Shown: positions 1 through 12,618 of the stretch, in pieces
How the letters are laid out: every line of letters begins with the position of its first letter
How positions within the stretch are numbered: the stretch's first letter is position 1
Assembly: GCA_047495785.1 (NCBI GenBank)
Contig: JBLDXI010000034.1
Span: 806,001-870,000, forward strand
Length of the DNA: 64,000 nucleotides
Direction of reading: 5' to 3'
Source of the DNA: Lepidodermella squamata
Taxonomy: Eukaryota > Animalia > Gastrotricha
The notes under the pieces: generated by a model
Databases searched by the model: none
What the model saw: only the letters and a program-made list of their open reading frames with translations
What the model was told of the DNA's origin: nothing
Program-made: the position numbers and the translations under genes

Positions 1-1768
1 CCTACACCATGCAGTCAACCGTGACGATTGATGCTAAAGGCGCAGCCCAGTTCGGAGATAATTCAGGACTGGATGGAATTATGTACTCGAAATTGGTAAG
101 GTCTTAATTTCATCCCAACATAATTTACCTTTGGTTGTTGAATAAGAAACTAAACGAGCTCAACATCGTGAATTGGCGAGTTGAAGCATCGCTGAACATC
201 AAATCTCGTGGGGACCTGTTTTCGCTGTTCGTCACTCCTCGCAGCTCTATGGCTGATAATCTAGCCAGATGCGACTCTAATTCGGGCGAAATGATGTGCT
301 TGCAAATGGAGAAACTACGCGGTTTCATGATCTATATAAAACCCACCCAAGGGATTATCTACCCGTTCAACTCGGATCAAATCACATCAGATTCTCCGTT
401 GACAACGCTGCCCTACAACGATCCTCGTTACATTGGGAAAAGCTGTAATTCTACGTTCAAAGATAACCAGTCGTTTGACATTGTGGTCGAGGGTTTCGAC
501 AATGTGGCCACAGTTTACGTTAGACTTCAGGATATCGGGACAACATCACCAACGCCATTCTTACCATGCTTTAAAACCGATATCACATCAAATCTAATAA
601 AATGGGACGAGGTTCGCCTTGGGATTGGTTTGAAAGCCGGGACGAAGTTCGATCTAACAAAGCTCGCATTTTTCAACATTTCAAAGGATGGCGATGGATT
701 GAATGAAGAACTCGACGTATCAGGCGTTGTGTCTCTTATGGCTTCACAGAAGGGAATTACTGATAGATCGGCCAAAGATTTTCTCCAGTATCTCTACCCT
801 GACTTCCCGCCAGATACTTCGAAGCCAGCTATAACAGCGGAAGAGTTGCTTCGTACTTGCGACGATTTCTCGGTTGAGCGGGTGGCTCCTCCTAACAATG
901 GCAACTCAACCCCCGTTACCACTGTATTCCTCATCGATAAAATCATGAAAATGGAGGATGCTAACGAGAGGTTCACGATCATTGGCCTATACCTACAAAA
1001 TTGGGTGGTTTCAACTTGCCACCTTGAATCCAAACATATGTTCTCAGTTAGAAAAACTGAGCGCTTATTCGCTGTTGATAAATCCATCGTCTGGTATCCT
1101 GATTTCTTATTCTTATCGAGCAGTGATGATATCTACATGAGTGGTAATAACTTCGATGATGATATGGTTGCGCTTCTGAAGAGGAAGGGAGCAACTGGGT
1201 TGGATATATTGTTTTTCCAGCTGAAACAAGGTTTCTTCTCGACTGAATGCCCTCTCGATATCTCCAAATTCCCATTTGATTCTCAAACTTGTGAGTTCAC
1301 TTTTTCGCAGCAACAATCGACCGATCTTGTGAACTTCGGGGATGTTTTCTTCATTTGCCCGGAACAAGGCTCGACTGAATGGAGAATGTTGCAAATTCTA
1401 TCGGGCCGAGTTTGCTACTGGCTCTTTTGGAGCTAGCAACCTTTGTCATGCCTTCAAGCCAGCCCGATCGGCCCATGTTCTCAGTCACTTTGCTCCTAGC
1501 TCTGACAGTTGCGATGTCCGATGTTCTGAGTCAAGTTCCGCATTCTTCGAAGCGAGTGTTTCTGGGTGATTATGTTCTTGGCCTCACAATGATTGCTGCT
1601 ATTATCACGGTATACCACCTTTTCGCTTGCTACCTTGCGAACAAAGGCGACAAAATTGAGCGCAAAGCAAGTGGAGTAATGAAGAAAATCGATTTGGCCG
1701 TTTTGGTTTTGGTAACCGCCGGATTTTTAGCTTTGCAAGGCTACGCTGCTAAAGCTATTTTCTACTGA
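1..1768 (+). pseudogene. 3' part of a lectin-like-domain/Cys-loop ligand-gated ion channel gene (copy of 31452-36841), frameshifted by a 100-bp deletion
   Basis: Colinear with 34974-36841. Exon to 95, intron 96-146, terminal exon 147-1768. Cys-loop CPLDISKFPFDSQTC present. At 1387/1388 (ggagaat|gttgc) the 100 bp equivalent to 36361-36460 are missing, splitting the ORF into 135-1436 and 1379-1768 (M1-M4). Confidence 0.85.
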
Positions 1769-2467
1769 GAGAAACCATAATTTCAAAATGCAAAATGTAC
1801 TCCGTTATATCAAGCGACCTGATTTTCTTTCAGGGATGTTCTCATATGGCCTTTTCTAATAATAAACTTGTTTATCGTGAATTTGTTCAATACTCATGGT
1901 AGAGAGAACGAGTCCCAATTGTAGCTTACGTGTTGTCGAGTCGTCTAAAGTTCCAAGATACATATGATCTTCGTGAATGGCGTCGTCCTTCAGACCTCTA
2001 TATCGGGGTTATGGTTAGGGTTGGGACATGCTAGCCGATATTCGTTTGATAACGACCGATAGCACGCGGATTCTGTATTACATATTTTCTGAAATTACGG
2101 TTCACATTTTTTACTTGTTTTGGTTTGCATGAAACAAGTTTTGGTTTCGCGTGATTCCGAGCTGCGACGATACAGTACTTCTACCAGGCGCAGCTCGTAG
2201 GGGTGGCATTTTGATAACGTAAGGGGGGCCGATATGCTTTTTCAAACAACGGCACAATTTCCGGATCCCGCACTCCTTGATCACGCGGGATCGCTCGGAG
2301 CTGCGTCGGAAAACATCGAACAATCCACGCTCGCTTGCCCTGTATAAAGAAACGATTTTTGTGGGCTTGAAGAATATTAGTTTCGGATATCAGTATTTCA
2401 AGCGTTAAATTTTAGATTGGAAACACATCGTAGTCTATTCGCTTTCGCTTCTTGGCTTATTGGCAGC

Positions 2468-5400
2468 ATGATTCAAGTTTACGGATTACTTTTGCTCACG
2501 ATACGCCCGACGCTGATTCACGCGGGCGGAGGTTAGTTTTCTGTTCACATTTGACGCATCCAGATAAATATTATGGTAAAAAAATATTGTTCAGGTTTGC
2601 CACTATCGAAATTGCCACTATCCACAACATCCACGAGTTCTCCAGACTCAACAGGCCCTTTTGCAACTCCACTGGGCTACAACGCAACTCTGATCGATGA
2701 CCGTTCCGTGCCCGGTGGAAAGGTTTCAACGACGCTATTTCAAGCATCCGTAGGCGTACTTGTAGACATGCCATCTGTTGTTTTGTCCGGTACTGGAATA
2801 GCTTCTAAAAATGCAAGTGATATTAGCTCGTTTCACACATTTAATGCTTTCTGTTTCATTTCGCTCTAGAGCCTCAACAGCTTGGGCGAAAATTTCCTAA
2901 TCGAGACTAAATTCACATTTGCAAGTTGGATGACATTCCAACAGGCGGACACTTTTGCGATTTCAATCATTCCAAGATACGCCTTTTCCGTGTCACCATC
3001 ATGTATTCCTACTAGTAGCGATTGGTTTGCATGCCTCCGAATTTCCAATATAACCGGCCTGGCAGTCTACGTGAAACCTGCCCTCAATTTCATGTATATA
3101 TTCGCAAATTCGAAGCCAGACATCAGTAAACCGAACACTTTGGCTGCCTGGGACGACAAGCTATTAGGCTGTAATTTCCCCGCAGGAACGCTTTCCAATT
3201 CAATCTATGTATACCTGCGAAGAATTGGCGATGCTTTCTCTATATCTTACGCCGTCGATCCAAACCCGAGCTCAGCTACTAACTGCACGTCATTCAGCAG
3301 TGCCGCAGCGTTTCCGTCTGATGAACAACTCTACTTGGTTGCTTCGGCTTCAGAGCTTTTGCCAGTCACGTTGAACGATCTGCGTGTTTACAAATTGGAT
3401 GAATCTATGCAGACAAGTGAGCACTTTTACATAGGATTTGCTCTGTAATTTTTCAATATCCTGTTTGAAAGCTACGACCGCTTCGACTACTTCAACAACG
3501 GGTAACCAAGTTTGCTTTTACGCGCTGATATTTAATAAAAAAATGTCCAAATATATTTCAGCTGGAGGCGCGAGCTGCGTGCCTGGATCAATACTTCAAG
3601 GTAGATTTAAATTTTGAAGATAACTGTGAATGAAATGAAAATATTTAGAAAGGAGGATGAGAAAATAATAAAGCTTGGTGAAAAATCCCAAGCACCTTGA
3701 GAAATGAAGCCTAAGAGGAATCTAGAGGTCGAGGTGACTGTGGTGGCTTGAAGATTTTCCAGGCTAGGAGTTTCTCCTGAATTTCTACTTCTATATTCTA
3801 AGTTAAGCATTTTCTCGGTAAGTTTTGCCAAAACCATTGGACCATACTTTAATATTCATCTAATATTTAATATACTTTAATTGGCATCTAAATCATTTTT
3901 TTCTGCATCTAATATCTTTTTTCCACATCTAAATATTTTTTTCGCATCTAGGCATTTTTTCTACAGCTAATTCTACTTTTTCTCACATCTAATTTAAAAA
4001 TAGCTCGAATGACTTCAAAAAAATTGAAATATGATTCAGCGCGTTTTTCTCGATAAGAAAACATATGTTTCGTTGCCAGATCAGGCGCGCGGAAAAAGGC
4101 ACGTGGGAAAATGTTAATAGAACGCAAATGAACGATTGCACACGGGTTCCGTCTTTCAAAACCTGCTCACTGGCCGCCGGTCGCAGCAGAGGATTGTCAG
4201 ATTTGAATCTAGCGATTGCTTCCTCCCACGTCGAATCAGTTACTCGGAGCTTCTCGAAGTATCTAATGTTTTTACCCCTAGTGGGCTTTTCTCCAACAAC
4301 GGTATCATCCGATGACGATACTACCGTTGAAGGAGACGAAAAAATGAGTTGTTTCATGATTTGAGCAAATGAGCAAATGGGCCGATTCAATTTTCAACAA
4401 CTGATGTGGAGCTGGAAAATTCGCGTTATTTACTACGCCTTTCGCACGTCCATTCCTCTATTAACATTTTCCCACGTGCCTTTTTCCGCGCGCCTGATCT
4501 GGCAACGAAACATATGTTTTCTTATCGAGAAAAACGCGCTGAATCAGATTTCAATTTTTTTGAAGTCATTCCAGCTATTTTTAAATTAGATGTGAGAAAA
4601 AGTAGAATTAGCTGTAGAAAAAATGCCTAGATGCGAAAAAAATATTTAGATGTGGAAAAAAGATATTAGATGCAGAAAAAAATGATTTAGATGCCAATTA
4701 AAGTATATTTATTGCCATTGATTGAGCTTGGCATTTTTTAGCTCCAATAAATTAGGATTAAACATTGTGTATCTAAATTTCAATGAGGGCGTCGCTGAAA
4801 AGGATGTTGCCTGAACCATATTTCTTTTACCAGCTCCCATAATAGTGATGCAACAAGATCCGAGCAGTTATCAATGCAGCGAGCACTATGCATTCCCCGG
4901 AGTGGACTTCGCCCCGGCGTATGGCAATTTGGAGACTATTGGAAGCTCCGTTTTAATGGGCCAGAACAATGACCAAGGCTTAGTTTTCAATGAGGTGAGT
5001 TGTCGCAAAGTGAACTTGATTGCAAGCAAGGGTTCCTTCCGAATCTCAAGGATGTTAAGTGGATTGGCTCGACAGGTTTTGCTCTTGACATATCACTAAA
5101 TGTCGCTGACACTACAGGCCGCAATTCGTTCGGCATTTTCATCGCGCCAAATACAAACTTCATCTACGATTGCCCGATGACACGAGATTCGACAGCGAAC
5201 ATGTGTTTCAAGATTGGGCAAACACTCGGCCTGGCATTTATCGTTCACGTGGGCAAGAACACTATCTACCATTACGCGGCTATGGATTCACCACTGGCCA
5301 TAAATACCATTGCACCGACTACGGGTATGGGGTGCGAGCCAGTATTCCCTTCTGGCTCATTTGATATGAGAATCGTCATCGAAAAAATAGGAAAAACGTT

Positions 5401-8400
5401 TTTCATCCATTATTCTTTATCGAGCAGCCTGAGTGACTTGAAGGCTTGCAGTAGCATTGAGGCTGCAAATCTGACATCTGGCAAACTAGCGGATACTCGA
5501 ATAGGGATTACAACGCTCAAGCTGACAGTTTTGAAGATCAAAAGCATCGAGTTTTATACGGCGGACATTCCCTCAACATCAACGACTACTACTACAACAA
5601 CGTCTTCACTGCCGCAATCGACGACTCCTATTTCTACGTCAACAAGTATTGCAACATCAGCCTCCACGCTATCGACATCTTCAACAGGTGAGCATAATAG
5701 GAATAAGACATATTAAGGGCATATAGGATTTAATTGAGGTTAAAATAAAAGCTGAAACGGTAAGCTAAGATTTTCCATGAATTTCAGCGAACCCCGCGAT
5801 GATGCCGTGTTCGCCTGGAGCTGCTTTTCAAGGTAAAATTCACTCGCGAATCACTCCCTTCCTCCCTTGAAGCTTATAGTTTGATGTGATTTAGCTCCTA
5901 ACAGTGTTCTACAACGAGATCCTAAGACTTACCTGTGTCGCAGCGAATTCGCTCATCCCGGAGAAAATTTCCGCGCGACCGGAGATGGCGTCGAAAATGT
6001 CCCTGGCCCAACGAGCTTTGGAACTAACGATGACAACGCCATTCTCTCTAGCAAGGTAATTTTACAGAAATCCAGGGTTTTAAGTTTAATTTCTCGTTAC
6101 AGTCAATCAAATTCGTGAATACGAGTGGATTCATAGTGGATGTGTCATTAACAATCAAAGCCAGTGCTGATCGGGATGCGTTTGGTGTCTTTATCACACC
6201 TCGTAGTCGAATCTCGGAAATTATTTGTCCAGGCAACGACCGAAGCGTCATAAGTATGTGCCTGAACACTGGCGCATTTCGGGGTTTCGCGGTTTTCGTT
6301 CTCCTTAAAGCGGGCAAAATTTATACAGCCTCTTCGACTGACAAGGACAATGCAATCAATCCTACAGTGGATATTCCCACGGATGAAAGCCGGAAATGTG
6401 ATCTCGCGGTTCCAGTACCATCTACCCAATTCGATTTTCGTTTGGTGATTGAAAGAGCTAGCGAAACAGCCTTTATCTACTATTCGACATCGAGCGACCC
6501 AAATTCTCTGAATTCCTGTTGTAAACAAAACGTTGAAGGGCTGACTGTGAGAAGTGAAGATCCAGTCATTGCTATCGGGACCATGGCAAAGACTGCCTTG
6601 ACAGTTGAAGGCGTTGAATTTTACATGGCTGAAGATTCTACAGCCAGTACATCTTTGAGCACAACGCCCCAACGTCTATCAACATCGGCATCGAATTCTA
6701 TCTCAGTAGCCCTTACTCCCACTTCGGAAGTCCCGGAAATCGCCTTATCAGAGCAGTATAACTTCAAAAATGACATGTCTTACATCGGAGTTGAAGGTAA
6801 GCCGTTAGTGTTAATAACTCAAGCTTCGATTTGATTGATTTCAGGTAAAAATTATTACCTGCTAAGAAGTCCTGTCGCGAACCATCCTACCGGCTTTGCT
6901 CAGTTCGGAGTTGATCCTAGCTACGATGGAGTTATGATGTCGAAATTTGTTAAATTTCTTTTGCTCTACTTCACTTTCTTCATTCAAATCTTGATCTAGG
7001 TTCTCGATGATATGAACATCATCAATTGGCGGTTAGAGGCTTCGTTCTATATCGACAGGCCTGGGCAGCTGTTTTCGATATTCGTAGCCCCTAGATCATC
7101 CATGCCCGATGTAGTTGAGAACTGCGATGTTACAGGAAATCAAGTCATGTGTTTGAACATGAGAGCATTGCGTGGTTTCGTAATCTACATCAAGCCAACC
7201 CAAGGCATCATCTACCCGTTCGTCTCCGAGCGAAACGCAACTGATGCTCCGTTGCAGGTGCTTCCTTACGACGACCCTCGGTATCTGGGGAAGAGCTGCA
7301 ACGTAACAATTATCGGAAACCAAACGATTGACATAGTGGTCGAAGCTTTCGATAATGTGGCGGCGGTTTACGTTAAATCTCCTACGTACAGCCTATGCTT
7401 CACTACGGAGATAAGCCCGAATCTCATGAAAATGGGCGATGTTCGACTTGGCGTTGGGGTCAGGTCTGGGACGCGTTTCGATCTAACAAAGCTTGCGTTT
7501 TTCAATATTACAAGTTATGATCCGGAATTATCCGGGGAACTCAGTATTGCAGAAATTGTGTCTCTAATAGTTTCACATGGAATTACTGATAGATCGACCA
7601 AGGATTTTCTCCAGTATCTCTATCCTGACTTCCCGCATGATACATCAAAGCCTGGTATAACCGCCGAAGAGTTGCTAAGTTATTGCGACGATTTCTCGGT
7701 TGAGCGAATGGCTCCTCCTAACAATGGCAATTCCACCCCGGTCACCACCGTATTCCTGATCGATAAAATCGTTAAGATGGATGATGCTAATGAGAGATTC
7801 ACGATCAGTGGTCTATATTTACAGAACTGGGTGGTTTCAACTTGTAACCTACAATCGAAACATATCTTCTCGGTCAGAAAAATTGATCGTTTATTCGCTG
7901 TTGATAAATCCATCGTCTGGTATCCTGAGTTCTTATTCTTATCGAGCAGTGATGATATCTACATGAAAGGCGATAGCTTTGATGATGATATGGTGGCGCT
8001 TCTGAAGAGGAAAGGCGCAACTGGTTTGGATATCTTGTTTTTCCAGCTGAAACAAGGCTTCTTCTCGACTGAATGCCCGCTTGATATCTCGAAATTTCCC
8101 TTTGATTCTCAAACTTGCGAGTTCACTTTTTCACAGCAACAATCGACTGATCTTGTGAAATTTGGCGACGTTTTCTTTATTTGCCCAGGACAAGGCTCGA
8201 CGGAGTGGAGAATCTCGGAATGCCAGGCTACGTGGACAACCATTCGCCAATCTGGCCATGATGTTGTAACAGCGACGTTTCAAGCCAAAATTAGTAGGAA
8301 ATCTGCGTACTACGTGGCGAATTCTATCGGACCGAGTTTGCTATTGGCTCTACTGGAACTAGCAACCTTTGTCATGCCTTCGAATCAACCCGATCGACCT

Positions 8401-8694
8401 ATGTTTTCAGTCACTTTGTTGCTAGCTCTGACTGTTGCAATGTCGAATGTCCTGAGCCAAGTTCCTCATTCTTCGAAGCGAGTATTTCTGGGTGATTACG
8501 TTCTATGTCTTACGATGATTGCTGCCGCTATCACGATATATCATCTCTTCGCTTGTTTCCTGGCAAATACAGGCGATAAAAAGGAGCGAAAAGCCAGTGG
8601 ACTGATGAGGAAACTTGATTATTTTGCAATTGTATTGGCTATGGCAGCATTTGCCGGTCTTCAAATATACGCATACAAAACAATACTTGGCTGA
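2468..8694 (+). CDS. Signal peptide + 4 L-type-lectin-like domains + Cys-loop ligand-gated ion channel (~1464 aa, 12 exons)
   Basis: Exons 2468-2531, 2595-2812, 2870-3416, 3472-3501, 3562-3600, 4834-4994, 5051-5687, 5788-5832, 5895-6055, 6103-6796, 6845-6948, 7000-8694 join in frame. N-terminus MIQVYGLLLLTIRPTLIHAG. Channel motifs WYPEF, CPLDISKFPFDSQTC, EW, M1 YYVANSIGPSLLL, M2 DRPMFSVTLLLALTVAM. Confidence 0.85.
3840..4714. mobile_element. Non-autonomous foldback/MITE-like element in intron 5
   Basis: ~250-bp inverted arms (~3869-4120 and ~4458-4710) with ~21-bp modular subrepeats (ttttt..catcta), flanked by CCATTG at 3834-3839 and 4715-4720. Absent at the homologous site of the second copy (~38875). 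Confidence 0.8.
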
Positions 8695-9320
8695 AGTTGG
8701 TATACATTTTTTCATCTAAAACAGCTATCAAATTTAGGAAACCTCTTGTCTCCAGTCTCTGGATCCTTTCGTGTTTTGAAAATAAGTATATTCTTCTCAA
8801 GTGATGAAATTCTACTACATTAAAAATGCACAATATTCAGCAATGTACACCTCTGCTTCTTATATAAAATTTTGCTGCTATTAATTGGTAGAATTGTTTC
8901 TGGAACTATTCATCACCAGTAAATTTTCAACCTAATGTCTCTTTTGCTTCATCATATAAATTTTCGTCAGTCTTCATTTTGCTGCTAAGGACCGGTGACT
9001 GGTCTGTTAGGGATGATTACTAACATGCCTAGTGGTACTTCGCTCTCAGTTTTGCTGGTTATGCTAAATAGTTCTTATTCAACGGCTAAAAAACCGACAT
9101 TGGCGGTAGACAATATTCAACAAAAAATTATTAATAAGCTTGATCAAACAATCCTATACATTATTTGTTTACGCGATGCTTCCATGAGCTTTCAATTTAT
9201 TAGGATTGGAAAAAAATATTTTGCAGATTTTTAGCTGCGGAAATTAAGATTGAGCAGATCTAGGTAGAGATTGTTTTAGATCCAACAACATTTAATTCGC
9301 TAAGCCTATCGTTAAATGAA

Positions 9321-12300
9321 ATGTTTCGCCTCTCTCTAATTTGTTCATGCCTCTGTTGGCTGACTTCAGCTGCTCAGGGTATGGTTTTATTCGGGATTTT
9401 CTATTTGCTGTAATTCCCTTCTTGATCATTCAACAGTACCTCGCGTCCCAGTGAATGGCTTTAAGGCGACTCTCATCAGCGATTATTCACTAGAGAGTGC
9501 CAGCCCACCTAAGATCTCAACATCGTTGTGCAATGTTTCTGCAAATTGCGCTGCCGGCAAGTCATACATAGCGTACCCAAACTCAACAGACGGTGGCTTC
9601 ATTTTCAAAAAGGCAAGACTACATAATACAGAATGGAAGATTTTAGTGTCATCCCTTTCCATCGCAGAGTCTCAAATCTGTGTTTCAAAATTTTCACATT
9701 GAGGTGAAATTCTCAACTGTAGACGTTTTTTTCGATGAATCGAATGCTTTTGCTGTTGCCTTGGTGCCATCTCAGAAGTTTTCAACCAACTGCCCGGGTA
9801 ACAGTGGCTGGTATGCCTGTATTGGGATTGTTGATTTTCGCGGTGGGGCAATTTTTGTAAAACCAAGACTTAACATGGTCCTGATGTACGGTAAGGCCAC
9901 GAGCAGTTCAATTTTGCCTGGACCTGCAACATCTCTCGGTGGCGGAACGTACGGTTGCCCGTTACAGAATTTCTTCTATGGCTTGCAAGTGAATTGGCTG
10001 TATATCGACAAAATCGGGAATAATCTATCAGTTTCGTACGCGAATAAAACAGATTCTCCCAAGTACTGCTCGTCGATGGTAGCCGACCTCACCTTCCCAG
10101 CCACGGAAGACATTTACTTGGCCTTTTCAGCAACTAAAGGCTTACCCGTCTTCATAGGGCAAATCGATTTCTACTCCCTGGAAGATTTGTCAACATCAAG
10201 TAAGCAGTTTTTGTTATGCGAACTTTTTTAATATCCTTAAACAAAGCTGCCACCCCGGCTGGCAAGCAAACAACTATAGGTTTGTGAATTTTGTTGGCTC
10301 AACTAAAAATGATGTTCGATCTATTTAAACACAGCTGACTACGCTTTAACCACCTGCTTGGATGGAGATAACCCAAGAGGTGAAATCAAATTTTACTAGG
10401 TCGATTTTGCTAATGAACTCGGGAGATGATTGTTAAACAGGGCCCAGTGGTGGTTTCCAGCTTGATCCAACCAGATATGCGTGTAATAGCAAGTACGGCT
10501 ATCCGCCATGGACTCAATACTCGGCTGCTAACCAAGTTGATGCGGATTTGCTTGTCGAAAATGGTTTGAATGTGTTTGGCAGCAGCGATGACAATGTTCT
10601 CTACTCAAAATATGTATGAAAGTCAACATTTTAGATTAATTTCTATATTAGAATTACGGACAAAATCATTTGATATCGCCTTTCATCACAAGAAGAGACG
10701 AAAGACGTTGAAAAGAGACTGAAGTTGTTGTGTAATGCCCTGAACTCTTGTTATTAAACAGTCATTTGACGAGAGAGATTTTCTCATCGACGTATCGCTG
10801 CAAACGCTGGAGCAAACATCTCGTGATGCCTTTGGTGTTTTCATCGCTCCGGCGGATCGTTTTGTAACAACCAACTGCCCGTCGAACGAATGCGACGCCG
10901 AGTGCATGTGTGTAAAAGCACCGGAAATGATCGGCCTATCCGTTATCGTGCAACTAAAAACTGGACGGATCGCTATTTTCTCAACCCCACCTAACGTTCA
11001 GAAATCGTTCACTCCTTCATCAAGCGTGCCTACGGATCCGTCGCAATTCTGCACCCGAACCTTCGGAGCTGCAGCCTTTGATTTTCGCATTGTAATCGAA
11101 CGAGTTGCGGACATGGTTTACGTGTACTACTCAACGTTGAACGATCCAACCCAGCTCACCTTCTGCGGGAATGCTAGTATCCCAGGGCTGATAACAGCAA
11201 GGTTGGCACCGATCTTGGGCGTTGGCACAATGCGGAACACTATCGTGAAATTAAAGAGCATCAAGGTTTTCTCCGGTCAAGACGATTCAACCTCAACGAG
11301 TTCTACTCCAGCCATGACAACGAGCCAGCTTACAACTTCAACGACTGAATCTTTAGCACCATGGGCTACATCCGCCCCGATTTCATCTGCGAAAACACGA
11401 TCTACAACGAATCCATATCAGACGCTTCAATCGACAACAGTTGAAAATGGATTATCTGACGATTTGAGTATTAAGGAAGTGATTGCTAAGTATGTCTCTT
11501 CAAAAGGGCTGACGGAAAATCCTAGAGACGTTGCTCGAAGGCTTTACCCTGATTTCCCACCTGATACTTCTCTGGCGTCAATAACTGCTTGGGAACTACT
11601 CCAGTATTGCGACGACTTCTCGGTTAATAGAACCGCTCCACCTAACTATGGTCAGTCAACCAACGTTACGACTGTTTTCCTTATTGATCGTCTGGCTGGT
11701 ATGGATAATGCTGGCGAGAGTCTAAGTGTAACGGGGCTGTTTTTACAAAACTGGAATGTTACTACGTGCCGTCTTCAGTCGAAGCACATTTTCTCAGTAA
11801 GGAAGAAGGACAAATTGTACGCGGTTGATAAATCAATCGTTTGGTGGCCTGATTTCACTTTCGAGTCTAGTTCTAACGATATCAACATGGAAAGTGATGA
11901 GTTCGATGAAGACATGGTTGCTTCACTGACGAGAGTTGGCTACAGCGGCTTGAAAATCGGGTTCTTCATGGTGAAACAAGGCTTCTTTTCGACTGAATGC
12001 CCTCTAGACATCTCGAGGTTCCCATTCGATTCTGAAACGTGTGATTTCGTGTTTGTGCAAAAACAGCCCAATGGCCTGATAGGTTTCGATGATGTTTTCT
12101 TCGTTTGCCCTGAGCAGGACTTCACGGAATGGGAATTCTCTGAATGTCAGACTACAACATCAATCGTTCGCCAATCAGGTCATGATGTTCTATCGGCGAC
12201 TTTCCAGGCTAAAATCAGCCGGAAGTCTGCGTACTACGTGGCGAATTCTATTTGCCCAAGTTTGCTTCTGGCCCTACTGGAACTTGCGACTTTTGCCATG

Positions 12301-12618
12301 CCTTCGGATGAGCCTGATCGGCCGATGTTTGCTGTAACGTTATTGTTGGCTCTGACAGTTGCTATGTCTGATGTCCTGAGCCAGGTTCCCCACACCTCGA
12401 GGCGAATTTTCTTGAGCGATTACATTCTTGGACTGGCTATGATTTCGGCTGCCATCACGTTATACCACCTTTTCGCTTGTTTCCTAGCCAACAAAAGAGG
12501 CAAGGAGGAGCAGGAAGACACTGGGCTGATGAGAAAAATCGACTTGGTTGCTGTTGCCTTGGCTATAGCTGTGTTCGCTGGTCTACAGGGCTTTACTTTG
12601 AAAACAATTTTCGGCTAG
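9321..12618 (+). CDS. Signal peptide + 2 lectin-like domains + Ser/Thr linker + Cys-loop channel (~957 aa, 7 exons)
   Basis: Exons 9321-9378, 9437-9612, 9668-10199, 10247-10279, 10335-10379, 10441-10613, 10762-12618 join in frame. Signal MFRLSLICSCLCWLTSAAQG; WWPDF; CPLDISRFPFDSETC; four hydrophobic helices. Confidence 0.85.

Noticed and set aside
2050-2410. Conserved ORF-like segment (also 37121-37480)
   Set aside because: Similarity is explained by the segmental duplication and the frames differ by indels; cannot be supported as a gene or RNA.
3880-3995. Regularly spaced ~21-bp repeats resembling a CRISPR array
   Set aside because: No unique spacers, eukaryotic context, and they are subrepeats within a transposon arm.
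3989-4630. ORFs on both strands sharing LLTFSHVPFSARLIWQRN
   Set aside because: Products of the inverted arms of the foldback element; no transposase motifs.
5000-6834. Stand-alone 180-290 aa ORFs (also 24820, 25902, 27245, 32837, 34308 etc.) as separate genes or an operon
   Set aside because: They are bounded by splice sites, start at non-ATG codons inside introns and join in frame into single large genes.
7012-8694. Assigning a canonical nAChR/5-HT3/GABA-A gene symbol, or a bacterial HGT origin
   Set aside because: Ligand-binding residues are absent and orthology cannot be determined by eye. The intact Cys-loop disulfide and spliceosomal introns argue against a prokaryotic pLGIC.
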